Assembly (NCBI RefSeq): GCF_006345805.1
Contig: NW_021828502.1
Span: 1-8,191, forward strand
Reading direction: 5' to 3'
From: Octopus sinensis
Taxonomy: Eukaryota
DNA: 8,191 nt
Shown here: positions 1 to 7,579 of the stretch, piece by piece
Layout of the letters: every line of letters begins with the position of its first letter
Position numbering within the stretch: position 1 is the first letter of the stretch
The notes under the pieces: model-generated
What the model was told of the DNA's origin: nothing
Databases searched by the model: none
Seen by the model: only the letters and a program-made list of their open reading frames with translations
Made by a program: the position numbers and the translations under genes

Positions 1-1
1 T

Positions 2-2164
2 GCACAAGTCGATTGGTCCTTCACGCACACATACACACCCACTAACATTAAAAAGTCCTGGCAGTCACTTGTAGACACCATCACGAACATATGTGCAAGA
101 CACACCCCATTAAGATCTGCAAACAAATCTAAGTGTCGAATCCCTAGAAATAGAAAATCTCTCATAAGGAAAATTAAAAGAATCAACAAAAAGATCAACA
201 TGCTGAAATACTGTCAACAGCAACACACCAACCTGACTGCCATCTCGTCGCTAGAGATTAAAAAACATAAACTCCAAAACAACATGATGTCTATCATCAT
301 AGTCAGCGAAGAGCTGAAGAGGCCTGGGCCATTGAAAAGATCAAACTCAATCCCAAAGTGTTCTTTTCATTTGCAAAAAACACAGAGTCACTGTTCTACT
401 GTTGGCCCTCTGATTGATGAAAAGGTACTCTTCAAGACAATGCCAAAACCATGGGAGAGATATTGCAGAAACAATATTGCTCTGTTTTCAGCAATCCTGA
501 TATGACTGATCTGGGCTGTATCAGTGATGTTACTCCCAATACACTTTATCGGACATAACATTTGGCGCTCCTGATGTCTTAGCAGCAATAAAGGAAATGA
601 AGCATAATTCAGCAGTAGGTCCCGATAGGGTCCCTGCTTGTGTCTTGAAGATGTGTCAAAACCAACTTGCACCCCCTCTAGCCAATCTGTGGCGGAACTC
701 ATGGATGCTGGATATATACCAGAGGACCTTCTATCCCAGTCTGTTGTTTTCAAAAAGGAAACAAATCGCTTGCCGTGAATTACCGTCCAATCTCACTCAC
801 CTCTCATATCATCAAGGTATTTGAGAGGGTGCTGAGATCGCGTATGACTCACTTCCTTGAGAGCATAATATGCTGAACCCAACCAGCATGGATTCCGTAA
901 TGGGAGAGATTGCCTGACGCAGCTACTGCATCATTTTGATGACATTTTGAGAGCCTTGGGAGAAGGTTCCAACACTGATGTCATCTACCTTGATTTCAGC
1001 AAGGCCTTTGACAGGGTTGATCATAAGATCCTTCTGAGAAAGCTGTCCAATATTGGTGTCACTGGAAAGTTGCTGCAGTGGATCAAGTGCTTCCTGTCTA
1101 ACAGACCCAACATGTGTAGTCGAAGGAGTCAAATCCAGCCCAGCCCAGCCAAAGTCAGCAGTGGTGTCCCACAAGGCACTGTGTGGGCCCACTTCTCTTC
1201 ATCATCTACATAAATGATATTACTGATACCATCAAACACAGTAACATCAGAACCTTCGCTGATGACTCCAAGCTCCAGAAGGTCATCAATGGCGTGGATG
1301 ACCAATAAACCTTCAGTCAGACCTACTGGCTGTTGTCCAATGAGCGGAAAAGAATACAATGTTGCTAAATGAAGACAATTTGAACTGATCCACTTTGGAA
1401 GGGAGGACGCTCTGAAACTCCCATACTCTCTTCCTTCTGGAGAAATTCTCATGGCATCCAACAACATCAGAGACCTGGAGTAACAGTGGACAACAACATA
1501 AGCTGGGCTACACATATAAGCAGCAAAGTTACATGGCCCGCAGAATGTGTTCCTGGATTCTCAGAACCTTCCAGTCGAGAGATTCCCACGCTATTATCCT
1601 TCTCTTCTCCACTTTTGCCCGACCCCACTTGAATACTGCTGTCCACTGTGGTCTCCCTACACAAAACAAAATATTATGAGAATTGAAGCTCCCCAAAGGT
1701 CAATCACAAAAAAGATAGATGGCATGTCAGACCTTGACTACTGGGGTAGACTAGAGAAGCTGAAATTGTATTCACTCCAACGACGCCGTGAACGCTACAT
1801 TATCTGTATGATGTGGAAAATATTCCACCAGCACTGTCCGAATGATGTTGGCATCACCTTCAAAGTGCATCCAAGGCTTGGACCACGTGCCATCCGTCCA
1901 CAACACAAAATCTAAATCGCATCACATAACGACAATACGGCACAACTATTTCACCTCAATTGGACCGGCTCTCTTCAACATTCACCAGGGCACGTCAAAA
2001 AAGAAACTGACCACACAAATTCAAGAAGTCTTTTGGACAAATTCCTTCAACAGACCGGACAAACCACCCACACCCGATTTGTCTCCGCAAACAATAACTC
2101 TCTGCTCGATGGGCCTTGGTGCCCAAATCCTGAACTGAAAGACTTCACCAGGTGGTGCTATTAG
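2..2164 (+). pseudogene. LINE-A ORF2 remnant (linker + reverse transcriptase + C-terminal domain), multiply frameshifted
   Basis: Track ORFs 200-505, 947-1213, 1547-1915 and 1842-2138 are successive pieces of one protein. Lesions include several 1-nt indels and a (CCAGC)x3 duplication near 1135-1150. The original stop is either TGA 2131-2133 or TAG 2162-2164 depending on one indel. Confidence 0.92.
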
Positions 2165-2199
2165 TTAGACATGGCCTGGGCCAATACTGGCCAAAACCT

Positions 2200-2219
2200 T
2201 TCTAAGTTATTCTAAGTTA
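2200..2219 (+). repeat. LINE-A 3' tandem tail (TTCTAAGTTA)x2
   Basis: Exact 10-bp direct repeat just after the 3' UTR stem-loop. Short tandem tails are typical of CR1/L2-group LINE ends. Confidence 0.85.
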
Positions 2220-2493
2220 TATTTATATATATATATTCTATATATTTATATATAATATTTATATATATATATTGTATATATTATATTTATATATATTATA
2301 TGTTATATATTTATATCTATATTTATATTTATATATTTATATATATTATATTTATATATTTATATATATTTAAGTTATATATTAATATTTTTATATATAT
2401 TATTTATATATATATATTTATATATTTATAATATATATATATTTAATATTTTATATATATATTATATATAATATATATATAATATTATATAAT
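2219..2493. repeat. Degenerate (TA)n / AT-rich microsatellite
   Basis: About 275 bp almost entirely A/T, built from TATA and TTTATA units. Confidence 0.98.
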
Positions 2494-2494
2494 T

Positions 2495-2510
2495 TGATGA
2501 TTGATTGATT
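2495..2510 (-). repeat. LINE-B 3' microsatellite tail (AATC)x3-ATC
   Basis: Plus strand reads GAT-GATT-GATT-GATT, directly next to the 3' UTR motif and abutting the TA tract. Confidence 0.85.
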
Positions 2511-2579
2511 CTAGTTTCAGCTCATGAGCTGTGGCCAAGCTGGGCACACCACCATTTGGTGTTGCTACTTGGTTTTACT

Positions 2580-5539
2580 TCACGAAAGCTTTTTAGCAAC
2601 TGCCATTTGGTGCATGAGAGAGTTCGATGCAGCTGCCCTCATCTGCACCTCCTGCCGTGAAGTTGGTTCATCTGGGACCTGACAGGAAGAGATCCATTTC
2701 ATTTTTAAAGACATCTACATCACCCCCATGCAGGTCTCTCAGGTTCTTCGGGAGGATATTGAAGAGCTGTGGGGCTCGGAAGCCCAGGCTATCACAGTAT
2801 CTTGTCCTCACATCTTGATGGCAAAATTTGGAGTCCTAGGCACTACACAGTGGCGCCCAGTTCTGGCATTTGTGTCACTCTCGATGCCAAAGTTTGGACA
2901 CGTCCCTCCAGGATCTTCCAGATGTATATTATGGCATATCTTTCCCGCCTACGCTCCAGGGATATAGTTTTAATCTCTTGAGTCTTTCCCAGTAGCTTAC
3001 ATTCTGCATAGAGGCTATCTTCTTCGTGTAGTACGCTGGATCGCCTCGAGCTCTGTGATCAACTTGACACTGGATGGTGACCATAACTGAGAGCAATAGT
3101 CAAAGTGGCTTAGGATAAGTGTCCTCCAGAGGACCCTCATGGTTTCTTGTTCTCTTGTTCTAAAGGTTCTGAGAATCCATCCGGCCAGTCGTCTACATTT
3201 CATTGCCAATTTAGCAACATGTACACGAAAGGTTGCGTCATCACTCATGTAAATACCCAGGTCACGCACTGATTGTGCCTCTGGGATTGCTATTCCTCTG
3301 GGTCCAGTGTATTCATTGGGTATTGCATTTAGTTTTGCATGCTGATAGCATAAAGCTTGAAACTTTTCAGCATTGAACTGCATGCTATTCTTTTCGGCCC
3401 ACTTGTATATTTTGTCCAGCTCACATTGCAGGCGTTTAGTGTCCTCAGGGTTCTGTATTGCCTGTGAAACTTTTGTATCATCTGCATAACTTGTGATCGT
3501 GGCTCTCTGCGTGGCTGAGGGCATGTCTGAGAGGGCTATTATGAACAGTAGTGGTCCCAGAACAGTGCCCTGCGGAACACCGCTCACTATTTGCGTGTTA
3601 ATGGAAGTGGCCCTACCACCTGACTTCTATCTTTCAGAAAGTCATGAAGCCATTCTCCCAGTTTTCCAACTATGTTGAGATCACGCAGTTTGTGACATAT
3701 CAGTCCATGATCGACTTTATCAAAGGCCTTTGCAAAGTCGAGATATATCACTTCCACATTTTAGTGGTTGAGCAGCCGTTTCAGCACCCATTCATAGTGT
3801 TGTAGGAGCTGAGTTAAACAGCTTCTCCCTGGTCGGAAGCCATGTTGGGTGTCGGGCAGCAAGTCATTCTCTTCAAGGAAGGTGATCAGTTTCCTTCTGA
3901 CTATTCGTTCCATGACCTTGCTGATGTGTGAGGTCAGAGAGATAGGTCTTGGCTTCCGCTCTGCTACCTCCTTTATGAATGGGGCATATTTTACCTTCCT
4001 TCAGTTTTCTTGGAAGTTTGCCAGCTGCAAGGAAGCTCTGAAAGAGGAACTGCAGTGGTCTGCTAGGATTCTCTTACATGCTTTTAGGAGGATGCCGGGA
4101 ATCCATCGGGGCCAGTAGCTGAGTCTGCTTCATTTCATCTATAGCCTTTATTACATCGTCTTCTTTTATATCGATGTAATCTATCGTCGCCGCCTCTGAT
4201 TTTATATCTGCAGTGGTAAAAGTCAGTTGGATGGTGATTTGGAGATGCCCAAGGGGTGGAGTGAAAACACTCTTGAATTGCTCATTCAGTATTTCACTTA
4301 CCTTCATTGGTTTCCCTGTAAGTGTGCCTCCTTTTCGAGGAGTGGCCCTATTCTACAGTGCACGTAGCTGTTTCTTTGGCATACCTGTAGAAAGCTCTGG
4401 GGTTAGATTTTATGTTGTCTATAGCCCAGGCTTCTTTGTCTGCTCTTTCCTTTTCATGGGAGGTTGCAGACATTTTTCAATTTCCAACAGTTTTATTTTT
4501 AGGCGGGACTTTTCACTGCTTTCAATCTGTTTGTTTAGGCGATTTGAAATTTTGTACGCCGTCTCATTACAATTTTCCTCTCTCTGGGGATTTTGTTCTT
4601 GTGTACAGTGGCCTTTCTCTCTGGGACACATTTGTAGCATATGGCTTGCATTACAGACTGAATTGTTGAAGTTTCACGTCGATGTCTGGCGAGGAGAGAC
4701 ATTTAGGCCAGTTTTGTTTGAGGATCTCTTTCTCAATTTGTTTCCAGTTTGTCTTATGGTAGTTCAAGCTGAAAGGTCTGAGGGTTTCTTGTAGGCTGCA
4801 TGTCCGTGCTCTCTTTTGGCCCGTACATGGTCAGCTCTACCATGTTGTGATCCGAGAGTAGTGTCGGTGTCACTTTCACATTATGGATGAGATCCATGTC
4901 ATTTGTGAAGCAGAGATCCAGTGTGTTACCTGCCCTGGTTGGTTGGGGTATTACTTGCTCCATGTACAGGGTGTTGATGAGGTTCAGGAGGGACCTCGCC
5001 TGTCCTCGTTCACATCTTGTCATTCCTGGGAGAGAAAGGCCCCGGGCCATCTGACATTGGTAGATTGAAGTCTCCCATAAGAAGTACACTTATGTGTTGT
5101 TCTAATGTGATTAGAACTTCTTCTATTTTTATAAGGCAGTCTTCAAAACTTGCCCACATGGCTTGGGACATCTGGAGGGCGATATGTAGCACACACAACT
5201 ACATCAAGTTGCCTTATATGTACAATTAGTGTGTCACACACCGAGTTTGAGTATGACAAGAGTACCTGGGTGTGAGGTCGTCACGGATGTACATAGCAAC
5301 TCCTCCATGACTCCTTTCTTTTCTGTCGGTCCGTAGTACACATACTGTGGTATGTGTAACTCCGCATCTGCTATGTCCGGTTTCAGGTGCGTTTCCGTAA
5401 GTGCTATGCATAAGGCTTGATTGCATGCAACAAAGTCTCTCAAGAACGGGATTTTTGTCCTGTTACTGAGTGTTTGCAGTCCTCTGATGTTCAGTAGGAG
5501 CATCGAGGTGAGGTGTATGTTGTTGCCGGCGGTGTCCAT
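2580..5539 (-). pseudogene. LINE-B ORF2 (apurinic endonuclease + reverse transcriptase), disrupted
   Basis: APE motifs: MLLLNIRGL, ALTETHL, GGVAMY, YRPP, LMGDFNLP, PTRAGNTLDL, SDHN. Linker: IPRERK, NIKSNPRAFYRY, ILNEQFKSVF. RT: PISLTSH, QHGFRPGRSC, IYLDFAKAFDKVDH, SGVPQGTVLGPLLF, YADD at 3488-3477. C-terminus: FDYCSQLWSP, FNILP, VPDEP..AASNSL, stop TGA at 2582-2580. Lesions include an in-frame TAA at 3763-3761, many 1-nt indels and short deletions near 3948 and 3612. Confidence 0.95.
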
Positions 5540-6399
5540 CCTGGGTCTGTTTGCTGTGGTGGTCTTGTATATAGTGTGTAGTCCCACCTGCGAGCTTGGG
5601 TTTGATGAAGCCAGGTCAGCTGCTGTACAATCTTTTGTGCCATGCACAAAAAAGATTGCTGCTCAGCAGCTGCCCTTTCAACAACATCATGTTGGCGTTT
5701 TGTGGCACGCACCACATCTGCGTACCTCCGTTTTGGGGCAGGTGGTGCGTGGTCCATCCCTTTTCCTTGTGTTGATGGTTTGTTTATCTGTTTTCGTTTC
5801 GTGTCTCTGCGGCAGGGTCCCCGATGTGCAAAGCGGCAGACTGCACCTTCCTCTCCATGCCAGCAGGTACCTCTCAGGTAGAACCTACACCCCCGTGTGC
5901 GCTGTCTGCCTCCATCCCTTGCCGTTACACTTCTGTTCCTGGCTGTTTCACCCTTTGGTCCTGCTTGAGCTTTTCCTTTAGCTCTTTCAGTCCTTCTTTT
6001 AGTTCTTCCTCCCTCTACCTCTTCCCTGGGTTCTCCATCTCCATGGCCCTTGCTGCCGGTAGGAGCACTTGTACTTGGGTTCACTTCCCGGGCAGGTTTC
6101 TCGTTCAAAACCCCTTCCCGGGTGTCCACCAGGTGGGGGTAACTTCTTTCATCGTCTCCATCTTTGTCATCTTTGTTCTGCTCTTTCTCAAAAATGGCAT
6201 CAAGTGTGCCAATGTGCGACCGTACAAGCGCATAGGAGCGTACGAACTCCTGCTTTTTTCGCTCTATCTGAGCTATTGTCCTTTTGTAGCTGCCGCTCTT
6301 CAGCGCAGCCGTAATCACATTGTTAGGGTTATCTCCGTCTGCACATTTCCAGGCTCGTACGAACAACGCCAGTTCGTCAGGTCTCCAGGCTCTGGACAT
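5491..6399 (-). CDS. LINE-B ORF1 protein (302 aa): putative N-terminal Myb/SANT-like domain, charged low-complexity linker, CCCH-type zinc finger
   Basis: Uninterrupted ATG-to-TGA frame directly upstream of, and overlapping, ORF2. Contains C-x7-C-x8-C-x3-H (CRFYLRGTCWHGEEGAVCRFAH, nt 5889-5824). N-terminus W-x3-E-x2-L-x4-W...I-x3-L-x4-Y-x-RT-x2-Q-x3-K-x3-F-x3-Y resembles trihelix Myb/SANT-like domains. Confidence 0.85.
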   Translation of the reverse strand: MSRAWRPDELALFVRAWKCADGDNPNNVITAALKSGSYKRTIAQIERKKQEFVRSYALVRSHIGTLDAIFEKEQNKDDKDGDDERSYPHLVDTREGVLNEKPAREVNPSTSAPTGSKGHGDGEPREEVEGGRTKRRTERAKGKAQAGPKGETARNRSVTARDGGRQRTRGCRFYLRGTCWHGEEGAVCRFAHRGPCRRDTKRKQINKPSTQGKGMDHAPPAPKRRYADVVRATKRQHDVVERAAAEQQSFLCMAQKIVQQLTWLHQTQARRWDYTLYTRPPQQTDPGWTPPATTYTSPRCSY

Positions 6400-6407
6400 G
6401 TTGGATA

Positions 6408-6437
6408 ATCTATCTATTTATTTATCTATCTAATTAT
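6408..6437. repeat. (ATCT/ATTT)n tetranucleotide microsatellite
   Basis: ATCT ATCT ATTT ATTT ATCT ATCT AATT AT, starting 9 nt beyond the ORF1 ATG. Confidence 0.85.
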
Positions 6438-6459
6438 GTTCAAAAATCAATAGTGTGAC

Positions 6460-7110
6460 AGAGGGCAGAGAAGAAGCAAAGAAAGAAGGCGACTGTGCAC
6501 CTAGAGAGATTGAGAGCTGAGAGAAGATAAGAAGATATATATTTATGCGACTATATATTTAGAGAAATTGAGAAGGTGAAAGAGGAAAGATTGTGACAGA
6601 GAGAAGTGACCGTGTATTTATAGAGACTGAGAGCTGTGCGGCTATATATTTAGAGAGATTGAGAAGGTGAGAGAGGAAAGATTGTGACAGAGAGAAGTGG
6701 AGAAGTGAAGAGACAAGGGAAAATTGAACAAAGATTGTTAAATAGAGGAGAAAGAGGGGGTTGAAAGATTAAGAAAATGAAAGATTATTAAAGAGAGGGA
6801 AGAGGGGGGGTTACGAAATCTGAGATAAAAATGAAAGACTAAGAAAAATGAGAGATTATTAGCAGGAAAGCTGATTGTTATTAGAGTTTGCGTCTATGCA
6901 TATATACGTATACATATACTATACACGTGCACACACACACACATACATGCATAAACGGAGAGAGAGAGAAGGTGGAAGAAAGAAAATAAAGTAAAGTGAA
7001 GTGAGGAAAATATATTAAAATATATTAAAGTGTGGAGAAGAGGGGTTATTTAATCCTAAGGCCAATTACAGGAGGATAGGGCGAGAAAGACGAGAACAGA
7101 GATTGAGAAA
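6460..7110. repeat. Purine-rich (GA-rich) low-complexity region with internal duplications
   Basis: Plus strand dominated by A/G. A 63-bp direct repeat at 6546-6608 and 6637-6699 (60/63 identical). Degenerate ~50-bp units at 6731-6861. (CA)n at 6930-6942 and (GA)n at 6958-6969. Confidence 0.85.
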
Positions 7111-7439
7111 ATGTAAACAAACGGCTTCGTAGCTTTAACGAAGATGCAAGATTGAGTTAAGGGAAATAAAATAAGATAATAAATAAAATATGAAATAGAA
7201 GATGAAATTGATACTTATTCCAACGATGTAGTCTGGATTTTTGTGCTTTACGGAATTATTTTCCAGGAGAGATGTTTCTTTTTCTTTTTGCAGGAGATAA
7301 ATTAATTCAATGAATTTCCACCATGTGCGTTTTCGGCGAATACTATATTGGGCTTCAGGCAAAATATATTACGTTTTTGATTAATATATTTTTTAACCAA
7401 AGTGTTGTAGTGGACTTTATGAGTTGAATTTGTGACCTT

Positions 7440-7532
7440 CAGTAGATTATTTCGCGCGATTTATGCAAACTTTTACTGTTTTTTTTAACAGAGCAAAGGC
7501 GAGACACGACTTTCTCTGCCGGAACCGGAACT
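7440..7532 (-). promoter_or_regulatory. Candidate Pol II core promoter-like segment
   Basis: Locally CpG-rich. Minus strand starts AGTT (Inr-like) at 7532, then TTCCGG x2 (ETS-like) and AGTCGTG (matches RGWCGTG DPE consensus) at 7511-7505. TTTCGCGC (E2F-like) lies on + at 7450-7457. All motifs are short and the Inr-DPE spacing is 6 nt too short. Confidence 0.25.
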
Positions 7533-7579
7533 ATATATATATATATATTATATATATATATATATATTATATATCTATA
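7532..7579. repeat. (TA)n microsatellite
   Basis: 48 bp of near-pure TA directly before the SINE 5' end. Confidence 0.97.

Larger units (their letters stand above)
1..2220 (+). mobile_element. LINE family A (APE-RT non-LTR retrotransposon, CR1-group-like), 3' portion, decayed; starts upstream of the window
   Basis: Stitching frames gives the EN-RT linker (IPRNRKSLIRK; AIEKIKLNPKVFFSFAKK), RT motifs (QHGFR; DVIYLDFSKAFDRVDH; SGVPQGTV; IIYIND; FADD at 1255-1266), the C-terminal region (LEYCCPLWSP; RLEKLKLYSLQRRRERY), a short 3' UTR and a tandem tail. Exact clade (CR1, CR1-Zenon, L2, Proto2) cannot be fixed without an RT tree. Confidence 0.95.
2494..6404 (-). mobile_element. LINE family B (APE-RT non-LTR retrotransposon, CR1-group-like), near full length, decayed
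   Basis: On the minus strand: ORF1 (6399-5491), overlapping ORF2 with APE and RT (5539-2580), ~70-nt 3' UTR and an (AATC)n tail. The 5' boundary is uncertain: either ~6404 or as far as 7531 (see findings). Confidence 0.95.

Noticed and set aside
388-1664. Minus-strand and off-frame track ORFs over LINE-A (388-753, 597-824, 923-1192, 1129-1515, 1467-1664)
   Set aside because: Antisense shadows or frameshifted read-through of LINE-A ORF2, with no independent motifs.
2627-4794. Plus-strand track ORFs over LINE-B ORF2, including the 193-aa ORF at 4213-4794
   Set aside because: Antisense to an A-rich coding strand, which is naturally poor in stops. The Phe/Ser/Leu-rich products show no recognisable domain.
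5421-6408. Two long antisense ORFs (186 aa and 194 aa) covering ORF1
   Set aside because: Explained by the pyrimidine-rich complement of purine-rich ORF1. No evidence for an antisense gene.
2489-6409. ATAAT at 2489-2493 and 6405-6409 as a target-site duplication of LINE-B
   Set aside because: Only 5 bp in extremely AT-rich context, so expected by chance. It neither confirms nor excludes the 6404 boundary.
6546-6699. Direct repeats as a CRISPR-like array
   Set aside because: Only two 63-bp copies in eukaryotic low-complexity DNA, with no regular spacers or cas genes.
7135-7362. 75-aa minus-strand ORF (MPEAQYSIRRK...)
   Set aside because: Starts at TTG, ends in AT-rich low-complexity sequence and has no recognisable motif.
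7463-7470. ATGCAAAC as an octamer/snRNA enhancer
   Set aside because: One mismatch from ATGCAAAT, with no snRNA-like gene nearby.
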